The position numbers were made by a program, and so were the translations under genes. This document shows, piece by piece, positions 1 through 14,754 of a stretch of 42,963 nt of DNA (positions within the stretch are counted from its first letter, which is position 1; each line of letters opens with the position of its first letter). The stretch is taken from assembly GCA_044345405.1 (NCBI GenBank), contig JBIJBE010000031.1, positions 1 through 42,963 on the forward strand, in the 5' to 3' direction. The stretch is from Bdellovibrionota bacterium (GTDB taxonomy: Bacteria; Bdellovibrionota_C; UBA2361; OMII01). The notes beneath the pieces are model-generated. The model saw only the letters and a program-made list of their open reading frames with translations, ran no database searches and was not told the origin of the DNA.

Positions 1-70
<70 letters not shown>

Positions 71-118
71 GTAAAAGCCATTTCTTACAGTAAGTTACAG
101 ACTACGACCCGCAGCCTC

Positions 119-209
119 GGAGGGCGCGCATTCCTGCGCGCCGAGAGGTTACGTCCGGCGAAGGGGGCTCGATGCGCACATGCCTAGCGACCAGGAATGG
201 TCGCCCTCC
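119..209. repeat. REPIN-like pair of inverted GGAG-tagged REP palindromes, both empty alleles
   Basis: 119-142 = GGAG-GGCGCGC-ATTCCT-GCGCGCC on +; 187-209 on - reads GGAG-GGCGACC-ATTCCT-GGTCGC; lies just downstream of the miaA stop; same family as the copies at 20886-40830. Confidence 0.8.
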
Positions 210-232
210 GATTGCGCAACCCGTAACTGGCA

Positions 233-1279
233 TTATTGCTTAACACACACATACCAAACCTCCGTCCGCTCCAACGGCGTCCGTAGGCGCTCCTGAACGC
301 GGGCGATGAGTTCCCCCTCGCCGAGCTCCATCGCCCGGAATCCCTTCGTCTCAGCGAGGGCTCGCTTTGATTCAGTGGTAAATCCAACGTTCTCTCGGGC
401 TGGCTCGTCGTCGCTCGGTCGAACGATCCATCCCCGCTTCGCGGGCTCGTTTCGCAAAAAGGTCATCTGCCGCTTCGCGAATCGACGGGTGTGCAGCGCG
501 ATCTCTTCCGCCACACGCTCAAGAGGGATATCGCCCGCGATATACTCACACGCCTGCTTGTATCCTATCGTCTCAAGCACAGGGACCTTGCCATATCTGT
601 CGAGCAGTGCGCGCGTCTCCTCGATTACTCCACCCTCAATCATCGCGGATGAACGACGATTAATTCGCTCGTATAACTCATCACGCTCCCGGCAGATAAC
701 GATCATTAACGCCGCGACATCGCGATCGCCAAACTTGTGGGCCTCAAAAAACTCAGAGGGTTTCTTTCCCGTAACGCGAAATATCTCAATCGCGCGCGAA
801 ACACGTTGCGTATCGTTGACGTGGAGCCTCGCGGCTGTCGCGGGATCCACTCGTGTTAATTCATCGTACTGCTCCTCACGAGAGAGACCCGCGACGGCCG
901 CGCGCACGTGAGCTGGAGTCGCGGGAACCTCGGCGATGCCGTGCAAGAGGATCGTGAGATACATGCCGGACCCTCCAACGAGCACCGGCACCTTTCCTCT
1001 CGTCGAGATATCCTTGAGCGCCGCCACCGCGTGCTCACGATACTCACCTGCGTTCATTGGCTTGTCGGGAGTGACGAGATCAAGGAGATGATGAGGGATT
1101 CCTTGACGCTCAGCGATCGTCGCTTTGGCGGAGCCGATATCGGCTCCCGCGTACACCTGAACAGAGTCTACGTTAACGACCTCGCCGTTCAGATCTCGCG
1201 CAAGAGTGATACCGAGAGCCGTCTTTCCTGATGCCGTTGGCCCGCATACGGCGATCGCTTGAAGCGGCGTTGATGCCAT
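233..1279 (-). CDS. miaA: tRNA dimethylallyltransferase
   Basis: GPTASGKT P-loop, DSVQVY, DIGSAK, PHHLLD, GGSGMY, KRQ motifs; follows mutL with a TAATG stop/start overlap. Confidence 0.97.
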   Translation of the reverse strand: MASTPLQAIAVCGPTASGKTALGITLARDLNGEVVNVDSVQVYAGADIGSAKATIAERQGIPHHLLDLVTPDKPMNAGEYREHAVAALKDISTRGKVPVLVGGSGMYLTILLHGIAEVPATPAHVRAAVAGLSREEQYDELTRVDPATAARLHVNDTQRVSRAIEIFRVTGKKPSEFFEAHKFGDRDVAALMIVICRERDELYERINRRSSAMIEGGVIEETRALLDRYGKVPVLETIGYKQACEYIAGDIPLERVAEEIALHTRRFAKRQMTFLRNEPAKRGWIVRPSDDEPARENVGFTTESKRALAETKGFRAMELGEGELIARVQERLRTPLERTEVWYVCVKQ

Positions 1280-3177
1280 TACCTATCCCTACCGAACCAT
1301 CGCTCAACGGCGTCCCGTGAGAATTCGGCTACAACAGGCCGTCCGTGAGGACACGCTCCCGCCGTCTCAGCCGCGTCGAGCTGCTGAAGTAGCGCATACG
1401 CCTCGGAGCGATTGATAAGATCCCCTCCTCGTACACTCGCGTGACACGCCAGCCTCGCCGTCAGGTGATCGATCCGCTCATCGAGTCGCTCACGCCATCC
1501 AGCCATCACAGGCTCCGCGGCGATATCCTTAATAACCCCGATGGCGTCGAGATGAGAGAGCACTCCTGGAACTCCGTGCACCTCCACCGTCTCCGCGTCG
1601 ACCTGCGCGATCTCAAAGGCGAGCTCCTTAAGAGCCTCCTCTTGCTCAAGCAACCCTACCACCTGCTCAGGGGTTAACCGGACGCGCTCAGGAATAAGAA
1701 GCTTCTGCACGGTAAGGGCTCTCTTCGCGCGAGCCTCACGGATCTTGTTGTAGTTCACCCGCTCATGCGCCGCGTGCATATCCACAACCACAAGCCGATT
1801 ATCGATCTCACACACGAGGTAGCAACCAAGGAGCTGTCCGATATACCGCAAATCTTGATACCTAAAGTCTCTGTTCGCGACGACCTTCGTCGCGTTCTCA
1901 TACGCGATCGGAGGAGCGGATGCGACAAAGAACGAAGGCTGAAAGGTCCTAGGAGCGAGATCCTCAGCCACGTTCGACGCCGCCGACCCAGCCGCCACCG
2001 GAGCCGCCTGAGGAACCTTCGCGACCGGGGCCGGAATCGGCCATTCAAAGCGGGAAACAGGGGTCGGCTGAGGCGGGGCCATCACCGGCGTTGGGGGCAC
2101 ACTCGGAGCAACGAACGCGGCGCGAGGAAAGTCAGGCAGAGCGGTAGATGACACCTCGTGGTGTGAAGCGACAACAGGCGCCGGGGCCGACATGAGTGGA
2201 CGCTTTATCGAGCGAACACCCGCAAGCACCGCTCCGCGCACAACCGCGAAGACCTGATCGGGGTGACGGAAGCGCACCTCGCTCTTCTGCGGGTGAACGT
2301 TCACATCGACATACTCAGGTGGCATCGTGAGTGAGAGGTAGCCGATCGGAAACTCTCTATCTTTGAGCATAGAGTCGTATCCCTCGCGCGCCGCGCGAAG
2401 GATGATCTTGTCAGAGACGAGGCGTCCATTGATGAGGATAACGAAACCCGACGCGTCCGAGAGCGCTTGGCCTGGATGTCCGATCATTCCCTGCACCTTA
2501 ACCCCACCCTCTCGCAGAGAGATCGGAGTGAGATCTCCTGGAAACACGTGCGCGCCACGAGCTTGGATCGAATCAACGAGCGGAAGGTTGAGGATCTCAT
2601 CACCGTCCGACACAAGACGATACCGAACGTGCGGACGAGAGAGGGCCGAGTGCGCCACCCAGGATCGAACGCGGGATACCTCAGAGCGAGGGGATTTCAG
2701 GAACTTTCGACGAGCAGGAGTATTGAAGAAGAGGTGCTCGACCTCCATCTCTGTTCCCTCGTTCCAGGCGACCGCTTGCACATCAACGAGCTTGCCACCT
2801 CGGAAGGTTACCGCGGTGCCGATACTGGCGTCTTTGGAGCGTGTCGTGAGCTTAATCTTCGACACCGCGGCGATCGAGGCGAGCGCCTCTCCCCGAAATC
2901 CCATGGTGGTAAGGGTATTGAGATCCTCGATCGAGGTTACCTTCGAGGTCGCGTGTCGCTCAAACGCGAGGAGCGCCTCATCGCGGGTCATGCCACACCC
3001 GTTGTCACGAACGCGAATCCGATTGTGACCACCGGACTCCAGCGCGATAAAGATATCGGTAGCTCCCGCGTCGACCGCGTTGTCGACAAGCTCGCGGACC
3101 ACAGAGGCGGGACGCTCCACAACCTCACCAGCTGCGATCTGATTGATAACTACATCAGAGAGTACCTTGATCTTCAT
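1279..3177 (-). CDS. mutL: DNA mismatch repair protein MutL
   Basis: NQIAAGEVVERP, ELVDNAVDA, GFRGEALASI, DVNVHPQKSEV; C-terminal endonuclease motifs DMHAAHER, ACH, CPHGRP; ATG at 3177 overlaps the degP stop (ATGA). Confidence 0.97.
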   Translation of the reverse strand: MKIKVLSDVVINQIAAGEVVERPASVVRELVDNAVDAGATDIFIALESGGHNRIRVRDNGCGMTRDEALLAFERHATSKVTSIEDLNTLTTMGFRGEALASIAAVSKIKLTTRSKDASIGTAVTFRGGKLVDVQAVAWNEGTEMEVEHLFFNTPARRKFLKSPRSEVSRVRSWVAHSALSRPHVRYRLVSDGDEILNLPLVDSIQARGAHVFPGDLTPISLREGGVKVQGMIGHPGQALSDASGFVILINGRLVSDKIILRAAREGYDSMLKDREFPIGYLSLTMPPEYVDVNVHPQKSEVRFRHPDQVFAVVRGAVLAGVRSIKRPLMSAPAPVVASHHEVSSTALPDFPRAAFVAPSVPPTPVMAPPQPTPVSRFEWPIPAPVAKVPQAAPVAAGSAASNVAEDLAPRTFQPSFFVASAPPIAYENATKVVANRDFRYQDLRYIGQLLGCYLVCEIDNRLVVVDMHAAHERVNYNKIREARAKRALTVQKLLIPERVRLTPEQVVGLLEQEEALKELAFEIAQVDAETVEVHGVPGVLSHLDAIGVIKDIAAEPVMAGWRERLDERIDHLTARLACHASVRGGDLINRSEAYALLQQLDAAETAGACPHGRPVVAEFSRDAVERWFGRDR

Positions 3178-4259
3178 TCCCACCTCGGAACGACTTTGAC
3201 TTCACGTTCACGTCCGTACATACCACCTTTCCGGAGCACGACCGTAACACTTTGTGAGCGGTCGGACCGCCGAATGGCGTCCTCGACCTCATCTCGATTT
3301 CGAACCTTAGCGCCATTAACCTTGTAGATGAGATCAGCGCTCTCGATATCTTCACGGTAACCCCGCACAAAGGCGTTGGTGGGAAGTGGTCGCTCAATTG
3401 GGGAGATTCCGGCCAACGCAGCGACTCCGTCACGTGCGACACGCAGAACCATCGGACCTTGGTCGGTATCCACGAGCTGCCATCCCATGCGAGGACGACT
3501 TACCTTGCCACTTGAGAGAAGCTCTGGAAGAACCCGTCGAATGTTGTTGATAGGAACCGCGAAACCGATACCGGCCGAAGAACCGGACTGGCTCAAGATA
3601 GCCGTGTTAATCCCGATTAACCGACCATCGCTATCAAGCAAAGGACCACCCGAGTTACCAGGGTTAATAGCGGCGTCCGTTTGAATGAGATCGCGAAGGG
3701 CCGTCCCGTTACCGGTCTTCATCGTTCTATCGAGCGAGGAGACGATACCTGAGGTCAAGCTGCGGTAGAGTCCGAAGGGATTACCGATAGCGAACACCCG
3801 CTGCCCGATCTCAAGCTTCGAGGAGTCACCAAAGGGAACCGCGACCACTTCCCGCACCGAATCGGAGAGCTTGAGCACCGCGATGTCATTCTCTTGATCG
3901 TATCCCACAAGGGTCGCCTTACTGCTCTCCCCTGACGAAAGCATGATCTCAACGGTCCCCCCCGACTGGAGAGCCCCCTGCACGACGTGGAGATTTGTGA
4001 CGACGAGCTTCTTGTCCGCGTCAATAATAGTTCCGCTCCCCGTTCCCTCCTGAGGTTTGATGTCGTCGAAGAAGGTGAAGGGATCAATCACGTAGCTGCG
4101 GGTCGTGATGAACACGACCGCTCGATTAACACGCTTGTAGAGATCTATAGTTTTCTGCTCTTCGGCGGTGCGCGAAGGCAGATTAGGAACTTGAGCGTTC
4201 ACCACACCCGCTCCCATCCCCCACACCACGAAGACGACAAGCAAGGTTAGGTACCTCAC
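3174..4259 (-). CDS. HtrA/DegP-family serine protease with one PDZ-like domain
   Basis: Signal peptide; GSG, TNLHVV, DIAVLK, IQTDAAINPGNSGGPL catalytic motifs. Confidence 0.93.
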   Translation of the reverse strand: MRYLTLLVVFVVWGMGAGVVNAQVPNLPSRTAEEQKTIDLYKRVNRAVVFITTRSYVIDPFTFFDDIKPQEGTGSGTIIDADKKLVVTNLHVVQGALQSGGTVEIMLSSGESSKATLVGYDQENDIAVLKLSDSVREVVAVPFGDSSKLEIGQRVFAIGNPFGLYRSLTSGIVSSLDRTMKTGNGTALRDLIQTDAAINPGNSGGPLLDSDGRLIGINTAILSQSGSSAGIGFAVPINNIRRVLPELLSSGKVSRPRMGWQLVDTDQGPMVLRVARDGVAALAGISPIERPLPTNAFVRGYREDIESADLIYKVNGAKVRNRDEVEDAIRRSDRSQSVTVVLRKGGMYGREREVKVVPRWE

Positions 4260-6442
4260 GCGTCCTCCCTCTCGGTGTCGAGCTCTCCCGGACCGGAGAG
4301 GTGTCGCACTCGCTCCACCTTAATAACCCCGGGAACCATCTCGATCGCTCGCTTAATCTTTTGGAGCTGCTTCGCGTCGGCGATCGTCAGCTCGAAGCTA
4401 ATGACCGCCTTGCCACGTTCGGTTTTAATCTGCGCGCTCGCGATGTTCACGCCGATCGTTGTGATCGCCTGCGTTACAGACGCGAGCAATCCAAGCTGAT
4501 CCTGAGAGTGCACCGTAATGCGAACACGACGGGGAGCGCGAACACCCGTGTCCCACTCGACATCGATCTGCCGCATCACATCGCTGCTCAAAACGAAGGG
4601 GCATTCAGCGTTGTGGACCGTCACGCCACGACCACGGGTGATGAATCCAACGATCCGGTCACCTGGAAGAGGCTCACAACACTTCGCGAAACGAACAAGG
4701 ATATCATCGAGGCCCGAGACCCGAACACCAACTCGGTCGCGACTTACCGCGGCGGCGCGTTGGAAGATGCGCTGGAGTGGTGACGGTTGCGACTCAAGCT
4801 TGGCGACAACGGATTTGTCCTCAGGCAGAAGTTTCGCGATTACCTTCGCGGAGCTGATCTTGCCGTAGCCGATCCCCGCGAAGAGATCCCCCACCGCCTT
4901 AAGTCCCATGTCCTCAGCTACCGATTGAAGACTTCCATCCTTCTCAAGCTTCTTTAAACTGAGCTTTACTTTACGGAGATCCTTGGTGAGGAGATCCATG
5001 CCCAGGACGAGCGAACGGGCGTGTTCCTCCGCCTTAAGGAACGCGCGAACACGTTGCTTCGCCTTCGAGGTCTTGACGAATCGAAGCCAATCCTTGCTCG
5101 GAACGTGGGTCTTTGAGGTAACAACCTCGACCGTATCCCCATTTGAGAGGGTGTGATCGAGCGGCACCATCTGCCCGTTGACGCGGGCGCCGACCGTTCG
5201 GTGTCCCACGTCCGTATGCACAGCGTAGGCGAAATCGACCGGCGTGGCGCCGTACGCGAGCCGAATGAGATCGCCCCGAGGCGTGAAGATGAACACCTCC
5301 TCAGGATAGAGCTCTCCCTTTACAGACTGCAGGAACTCATCTGGGTTCTTCAGATATTGCTGCGTCTCAACGAGCTCTTTCACCCACTGAAGATCGAACG
5401 CGGGGGCGCCATCGCCCTCCTTGTAACGCCAGTGCGCGGCGATACCTTCCTCAGCGATGCGGTGCATCTCAGGGGTTCGGATCTGGATCTCGATGCGCTG
5501 CCCCTCAGGACCGATCACTGACGTATGCAGCGATTGGTACATGTTCGGTTTCGGCATCGCGATAAAATCTTTGAAGCGCCCTGGGATCGGCTTCCACGCG
5601 GAGTGAACTACACCGAGCGATTCGTAGCAGGCCCGCACGGTGGGAACGATCACTCGGAACCCGAGGATATCGTACACATCCTCGAAGGAGAGTTTGTCCT
5701 TATCCATCTTCTGCCAGATGGAGTAGTAGTGTTTTCCACGCCCCTTTACTGATGCCGAGATACCGGCCTCAGCCAGGGTCTTCTGAATCTCAATAGTCGC
5801 CTTGTCGACGTACGCCTCACGCTCCGGAGCGGACTTCTTGATATGCGCCTCAATCTGATCATACAGCTCAGGCCGTAGATACAAGAGACAGAGATCCTCA
5901 AGCTCCGACTTGAGCCAATGAATACCGAGGCGATTCGCGAGCGGCGCGTAGATCTCACGAGTCTCCGTCGCGATGCGTTGCTGCTTATCCTCAGAGAAGT
6001 ATTTGAGGGTACGCATATTGTGCAAACGGTCGCACAACTTAACCAACACCACTCGGATATCTTTCGCCATCGCGAGAAGCATCTTGCGGAAGTTCTCCGC
6101 CTGTTTCTCTTCACGGGACTCGAATTCTATTCTCGTAAGTTTGGTGACGCCCTCAACGATATCGGCGACACCCGGCCCGAACTCGCGTTGAATGTCCTCA
6201 CGAGTGACCTCACTATCCTCGATCGTATCGTGGAGCAACGAGGCGACGACCGATGGCTCATCAAGTTTGAGTTTACAAACGAGGAGCGCGGTTTCCTCAA
6301 TGTGATTGAAATATGGATCTCCCGACGCTCGAATCTGCCCCTTGTGGCACTCAAACGCGAACTCATACGCCTTCTTGAGCGTATCGAGGTCGGGATTAGG
6401 GTGGTATTTCTTTAGTGCGTCCGCGAGCTGCTCAAACGACAT
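4256..6442 (-). CDS. spoT: Bifunctional (p)ppGpp synthetase/hydrolase (Rel/SpoT)
   Basis: HD motif LLHDTIED, DRLHNMRTL, YQSLHT, EIQIRT; TGS, CC and ACT domains; adjacent to rpoZ. Confidence 0.95.
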   Translation of the reverse strand: MSFEQLADALKKYHPNPDLDTLKKAYEFAFECHKGQIRASGDPYFNHIEETALLVCKLKLDEPSVVASLLHDTIEDSEVTREDIQREFGPGVADIVEGVTKLTRIEFESREEKQAENFRKMLLAMAKDIRVVLVKLCDRLHNMRTLKYFSEDKQQRIATETREIYAPLANRLGIHWLKSELEDLCLLYLRPELYDQIEAHIKKSAPEREAYVDKATIEIQKTLAEAGISASVKGRGKHYYSIWQKMDKDKLSFEDVYDILGFRVIVPTVRACYESLGVVHSAWKPIPGRFKDFIAMPKPNMYQSLHTSVIGPEGQRIEIQIRTPEMHRIAEEGIAAHWRYKEGDGAPAFDLQWVKELVETQQYLKNPDEFLQSVKGELYPEEVFIFTPRGDLIRLAYGATPVDFAYAVHTDVGHRTVGARVNGQMVPLDHTLSNGDTVEVVTSKTHVPSKDWLRFVKTSKAKQRVRAFLKAEEHARSLVLGMDLLTKDLRKVKLSLKKLEKDGSLQSVAEDMGLKAVGDLFAGIGYGKISSAKVIAKLLPEDKSVVAKLESQPSPLQRIFQRAAAVSRDRVGVRVSGLDDILVRFAKCCEPLPGDRIVGFITRGRGVTVHNAECPFVLSSDVMRQIDVEWDTGVRAPRRVRITVHSQDQLGLLASVTQAITTIGVNIASAQIKTERGKAVISFELTIADAKQLQKIKRAIEMVPGVIKVERVRHLSGPGELDTEREDA

Positions 6443-6496
6443 AGCGGGACACCACCTACGATCTTCTCATTAAACCTTCAGATTTCGAAAAACGAT

Positions 6497-6886
6497 CTAC
6501 TCCTCGTCGTCGTCATCAGCGGCCACTGGACCGGTCTTGGCGAGTGACTCACGAAGGAAATCTGTCGAACGAGTGTCTCCACCGTTACCGAAGAGACCTG
6601 CGCCGATATCTGGACGACGCTCACGCTCAGCCGCGGCCGCGATACGAGCCTCTTCAGCCTCTCGAGCCTTCTCAGCTTCGTATTGAACCGTCTCCTCGGG
6701 AGTCATGAAACGAACCTTTCCGTCAGCGATCTCGCGAAGCGCTGTCACAACGGACTTGTTTCGGCGGTCTGTCGTCTGTGGCGAAGAACCCTGCAAGAGC
6801 TGCTTCGTGCGCTTCGACGCGAGCTGCACGAGTGAGAAACGGTTATTCTCTTGGACGAGACAATCTTCTACGGTAATGCGGGCCAT
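6497..6886 (-). CDS. rpoZ: RNA polymerase omega subunit with a charged C-terminal tail
   Basis: [35 protein letters not shown]. Confidence 0.95.
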   Translation of the reverse strand: MARITVEDCLVQENNRFSLVQLASKRTKQLLQGSSPQTTDRRNKSVVTALREIADGKVRFMTPEETVQYEAEKAREAEEARIAAAAERERRPDIGAGLFGNGGDTRSTDFLRESLAKTGPVAADDDDEE

Positions 6887-7267
6887 ATCTTACAAACTCC
6901 CTCTCGGACACAATCAGATGAGAGACGCCAAAAAAAAAGAAGCGCTCAAACATCCGCCAAACTCTACCTTACGCAACCGGTAGGAGGCGTGAAGAGATAG
7001 AAATATCTTTAGCTATCGCAACAGGTTATCAAAGGGCATCGGCCCTGTAAATAACCAGGTATCGCGGCCCGACCCTGACCATGGACGCCATAGAGACCCT
7101 CCGACGGGGTCGAGCCTATTAAGCTAACCACCTGTCATAACATCATCTTTCACCAAGCGTGGCCGCAACGAGCCGGAATCTTCGCTGGGGGTTTCCCTCG
7201 GGGCTACCGTGAAAAGCGGTGGATTCCTAACCGGAGTTACGTACAATACGGCCGAGGCCGCTACGTT

Positions 7268-7799
7268 ATGGGACACGACCCCCTTTTTTCACATTCACGC
7301 GCGGAGCTCACTGGAGCTCCCAGCGAGCTCAAGCTCCCCAAACTCTCTCCCGAGCGGAAGGGAACCCTTGAGTCTATTCACGCGCGTATCGACGCATTCG
7401 CGGAACACCTCTTCACGGCGCACACCATTTTTTCTGAGACACAGAAACGGGAGCCCGGATCCCTTGAGGCTAAGGCGGCTATCTTTAACGCGAAGCAACA
7501 CGTGCAATCCGCGTTGCATGAACTCGCTTCAACCATGCACCTGATCGATCTCAATCCTGGTCAGGTTTCACACATCGCCACACACCTTCACCGAGCCTCA
7601 CACCAACTTACCCGGATCAAGGCGCTCACGGAGCTCGTTCTTCGCACCGATCGGACGACGCACTATCCAAAGGCTTTGGACATTCTCGCGCTCGCGTGCC
7701 CTCGCGCTTCCTATGACCTTGAAAGCTCACTCGGGGAACCCCTCAAGCGAGCGCTCAGGGCGCCGCGGGACTCGGAGGGAGAAAACCCTCCACCCGCGC

Positions 7800-7810
<11 letters not shown>
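7268..7810 (+). CDS. Hypothetical protein, probably helical
   Basis: 180-aa ATG ORF filling the gap between rpoZ and carB; 11-bp convergent overlap with the carB end; no recognised motif. Confidence 0.6.
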
Positions 7811-11063
<3,253 letters not shown>

Positions 11064-11064
11064 C

Positions 11065-12258
11065 TTACGCTCCTGCCCCTACGACGAGATCAAAAAATCG
11101 CTTGAAGAGGTACCGTGAATCGTGCGGCCCCGGCGAAGCCTCGGGATGGTATTGCACCGAGAACGCCTTGAGCGCCTTCGATTCAAGTCCCTCAACGGTG
11201 TTGTCATTAAGATTAATGTGGGAGACCTTCACCTTATCGGAGAGCCCCTCTTTTTTGACGGCGAAGCCGTGGTTCTGCACGGTGATCTCAACTTTTCCGG
11301 TGGTCTCATCTCGCACCGGGTGGTTTCCACCACGGTGACCGAACTTCAACTTGTAGGTCGTACCACCGAATGCCTGTCCGAGAATTTGATGTCCGAGACA
11401 GATCCCGAACATCGGAACCTTTCCGAGCAGCTCCTTGGCCGGCTTCACAACGTAACCCAGGGTCGCTGGGTCGCCCGGTCCGTTCGAGAGGAACACTCCG
11501 TCAGGTCTAAGCGCGATGATATCATCCGCGCTCGTACCAGCGGGCACAACCGTCACACGGAAACCAACATCGACAAGGAGTCGGAGGATGTTCGTCTTCA
11601 CACCGCAATCAACCGCCACTACATGGGGCCGGGACACGAGCTGCTCCTGCGAAAGCTTTCGAGAGTTTCCGTGCGCGAGGCTCCACGAGAGGTGATCCCA
11701 GGTGTAGGTCTCTTTGCACGCGACGTGCTTGACGTAATCCTTTCCTTCCATGGAGCCGAGCGCCTTCGCTCGATCAACCAGTTCATCAGGCTTCACACCT
11801 TCGCCACCAGCCATCACCGACATCTGCGCGCCGTGGTCGCGGAGATGCGACACAATCACGCGGGTATCGATCCCTTCAAGTCCCATAACACCGCTGCGAG
11901 CGAGGTAGCTTTGCAGCGATACGGTCGAACGGAAATTTGAAGGTGTCTTGTGAGCGGCCCGAACGACCAACCCCTCGGTGAATATCTGTGAGGACTCAAC
12001 ATCCTCTTCGTTGCATCCAACGTTACCGATGTGCGGGTAGGTGAAGCACATGATCTGACCGGCATAGCTTGGGTCGGTCAGGATCTCTTGGTAGCCGTAC
12101 ATCGATGTGTTGAACACCGCCTCGCCAGTTACCGGATCCGAGGATCCGCGCAACGCCCCGAAACACTTCCCCTTGAAGATCGTCCCGTCCGCGAATGCCA
12201 GGTACCCTACCTCGCCTCTCGCCTCAGGTGCCCCTGTGTGTGGTCGCTCGTTCTTCAT
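11065..12258 (-). CDS. carA: Carbamoyl-phosphate synthase small subunit
   Basis: [45 protein letters not shown]. Confidence 0.98.
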   Translation of the reverse strand: MKNERPHTGAPEARGEVGYLAFADGTIFKGKCFGALRGSSDPVTGEAVFNTSMYGYQEILTDPSYAGQIMCFTYPHIGNVGCNEEDVESSQIFTEGLVVRAAHKTPSNFRSTVSLQSYLARSGVMGLEGIDTRVIVSHLRDHGAQMSVMAGGEGVKPDELVDRAKALGSMEGKDYVKHVACKETYTWDHLSWSLAHGNSRKLSQEQLVSRPHVVAVDCGVKTNILRLLVDVGFRVTVVPAGTSADDIIALRPDGVFLSNGPGDPATLGYVVKPAKELLGKVPMFGICLGHQILGQAFGGTTYKLKFGHRGGNHPVRDETTGKVEITVQNHGFAVKKEGLSDKVKVSHINLNDNTVEGLESKALKAFSVQYHPEASPGPHDSRYLFKRFFDLVVGAGA

Positions 12259-12271
12259 AGTGTGTTCTCTC

Positions 12272-13612
12272 TTATTTTGAATTCGCGGCTACCGTCGCTC
12301 CCAACTCCGACACCAAACGTCCATCGCTCACGACGTGCCGGCCGCCCACAAAGGTGTGTACCGCCTGACCGGTCAGAGTGCGCCCAACAAACGGGCTGTT
12401 CTTTGACTTCGAACGGATCTCATCCGAGGAGAAGGTCCACGAGTGAGACGGGTCGACAACGATGACGTCAGCGTCACGACCGATCTTCAAGGTTCCGTAA
12501 TCGAGACCGAAGGAGCGACACGGACCGGAGCAGAGCAGGTCCACCATCCGCGTGCGAGAGATCACGCCATGAGCGGTCATCTCCATCAGAAGCGGCAAGC
12601 TCGTTTGAAGTCCAAGGATTCCGACCGTTGCTCGCGAAAACTCAACCAGCTTGCTATCAGCGTGATGCGGAGCGTGATCGCTCGCGATAGCGTCGATCGT
12701 TCCGTCCTTAAGGCCTTCGATCAAACCATCGATATCCTCGTTCCCCTTAAGAGGAGGCATCATCTTGTAGGAGGTGTCGTAGGTCTCAACGCAACACTCA
12801 CTGAGAAGCAAGTGATGAGGCGCAACCTCACAGGTGATGTTAATACCATCGTTCTTCGCGCGGCGAATAAGCTCAACACCACGCGCGGTGGAGACGTGAC
12901 AGATATGAACTTTACCTTTGGTGAATCGCGCAAGCTCGATATCGCGGGCGATCATCACGTCCTCAGCCACACCAGGGAAACCCTTCAAGCCTAAGCGCAG
13001 TGAGAGGGGCGACTCATTCATGCAGCCACCACAGCTCAAATTTCGATCCTCTTCGTGGCACGAAAGCGGCAACCCAAGCATCAAGCACCACTCAAGAGCC
13101 CGACGCATCAAGCCAGCGTCAGCGACCGGATCGCCATCGTCTGAGAACGCCACGCACCCAGCCTTCGCGAGCTCGTGGTACGGGGCGAGCTGTTGTCCCT
13201 TTCGCTCCATCGAGATGGCGCCGATCGGAAGAACGCGCGAAGCACCAGCGGCCTTCGCCTTTTCAAGGATAAATCGTGTCACCTCAGGTGAATCGTTCGC
13301 CGGTTTGGTGTTCGGCATACAACAAATCGAGGTGTATCCACCAAGCGCGGCGGCTTCAGCGCCCGTTTGGATCGTCTCCTTCCACTCCTCTCCCGGCTCC
13401 CGAAGATGGACGTGAAGATCAACACACCCAGGCATCACCCATTGGCCCTTAGCGTCGATGTGGTCAGCCTCTACTTTCGACGTCAAGACACCGGGCTTCT
13501 CAATAGCGGCGACCTTTCCATCCTCAATGAGGAGATCGAAATCACCGTCACGAGCTGACGCGGCGTCGATCAGCTTTCCACCATGAATAACGACTGGCTT
13601 AACACTAGCCAT
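12272..13612 (-). CDS. pyrC: Dihydroorotase
   Basis: [29 protein letters not shown]; start placed at ATG 13612 (MASVKP), overlapping the pyrB end, rather than 13648. Confidence 0.95.
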   Translation of the reverse strand: MASVKPVVIHGGKLIDAASARDGDFDLLIEDGKVAAIEKPGVLTSKVEADHIDAKGQWVMPGCVDLHVHLREPGEEWKETIQTGAEAAALGGYTSICCMPNTKPANDSPEVTRFILEKAKAAGASRVLPIGAISMERKGQQLAPYHELAKAGCVAFSDDGDPVADAGLMRRALEWCLMLGLPLSCHEEDRNLSCGGCMNESPLSLRLGLKGFPGVAEDVMIARDIELARFTKGKVHICHVSTARGVELIRRAKNDGINITCEVAPHHLLLSECCVETYDTSYKMMPPLKGNEDIDGLIEGLKDGTIDAIASDHAPHHADSKLVEFSRATVGILGLQTSLPLLMEMTAHGVISRTRMVDLLCSGPCRSFGLDYGTLKIGRDADVIVVDPSHSWTFSSDEIRSKSKNSPFVGRTLTGQAVHTFVGGRHVVSDGRLVSELGATVAANSK

Positions 13613-14588
13613 GAGCAACCTCCTCAATGGACTCAACGGTACGGGCAAGGAGGTAGAGAACCGCCATGCGCACAGCTACTCCGTTTGTGACCTGTTGTCG
13701 GATTAATGAACGGGGACCATCGGCGACATCGCTCGTGATCTCAGTTCCCCGATTCATCGGACCGGGATGAATAACGATACTGTTCGGGGCGACCTTCGAG
13801 AGGAGCCGCTCACTGATGCAGTACTCACGGCTATACTCGTCGAGATTTGGAACGAAGTGCTCCTCTTGGCGCTCAAGCTGCATACGGAGCGCGACCACCA
13901 CGTCGAGACCCTCAAGACCGGGCTCGAGCTTATCGAACACCTGCACCTTCCCATCGCCGAACGTCCCGCGAGCGAAGTCCTCAGGCACCAAGGTGTTTGG
14001 ACCGATCAGTCGAACCTCATTACCGAGCGCGAGGTGGGCCCACACACTGCTGCGCGCCACACGCGAGTGGCGCACATCGCCTACGTAGCCGACCTTGAGC
14101 CCCTCGATACCACGGCCTTTGAAGTGTTGACGCATCGTCAGGAGATCGAGGAGCGCTTGGGTTGGATGTTCGTGCTGACCATCACCGGCGTTCACGACAG
14201 ATGTGTTCGCCAGGCATCGCGCGGCGAAGTGTGGAGCTCCGCTCTCCGAGTGTCTCATAACGAGAACATCGGGCTTCATTGATTCAAGTGTGCGTACGGT
14301 ATCAAGGAGCGTCTCCCCCTTCTTGACCGAACTCGACCCGATACTAACGTTAATCGTATCGGCAGAGAGACGCTTACCAGCTATGTCGAAGCTGGCGAGC
14401 GTCCGAGTGCTCGGTTCAAAGAAGATATTGACGATTGTTTTTCCGCGGAGAGTTGGAACTTTTTTGATGTCCCGCTCGGAAACCTCTACAAACGAGTGTG
14501 CCGTGTCGAGGTACCGATAAATTTCACTCTTCGAAAGCCCTTGTATTCCCAACAGGTGGTCGACCATCGAGTCGTGAGTTAATCCCAC
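13605..14588 (-). CDS. pyrB: Aspartate carbamoyltransferase catalytic subunit
   Basis: [32 protein letters not shown]; alternative start ATG 14567. Confidence 0.97.
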   Translation of the reverse strand: MGLTHDSMVDHLLGIQGLSKSEIYRYLDTAHSFVEVSERDIKKVPTLRGKTIVNIFFEPSTRTLASFDIAGKRLSADTINVSIGSSSVKKGETLLDTVRTLESMKPDVLVMRHSESGAPHFAARCLANTSVVNAGDGQHEHPTQALLDLLTMRQHFKGRGIEGLKVGYVGDVRHSRVARSSVWAHLALGNEVRLIGPNTLVPEDFARGTFGDGKVQVFDKLEPGLEGLDVVVALRMQLERQEEHFVPNLDEYSREYCISERLLSKVAPNSIVIHPGPMNRGTEITSDVADGPRSLIRQQVTNGVAVRMAVLYLLARTVESIEEVAHG

Positions 14589-14754
14589 TGGCGCGAACTT
14601 TACAAGAGCTTACCAGCTCATTATTTTCAGAAAATTACGAACCAGCGAATGATCCTGCGAAAGGAACACGATCAGTGGCAACCGTCAGGAAAAAGACCAC
14701 CGCCGCCCTCCCCTACAGAATGCGGGGGAACCTTCAGAACACCTGTTGATAGCC

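Noticed and set aside
6887-7267. RNA gene in the rpoZ upstream gap
   Set aside because: No tRNA or recognisable ncRNA motif; consistent with a divergent promoter region.
14589-14754. PyrR-binding attenuator between pyrR and pyrB
   Set aside because: No ARUCCAGAGAGGYU-like loop or convincing terminator/antiterminator seen.
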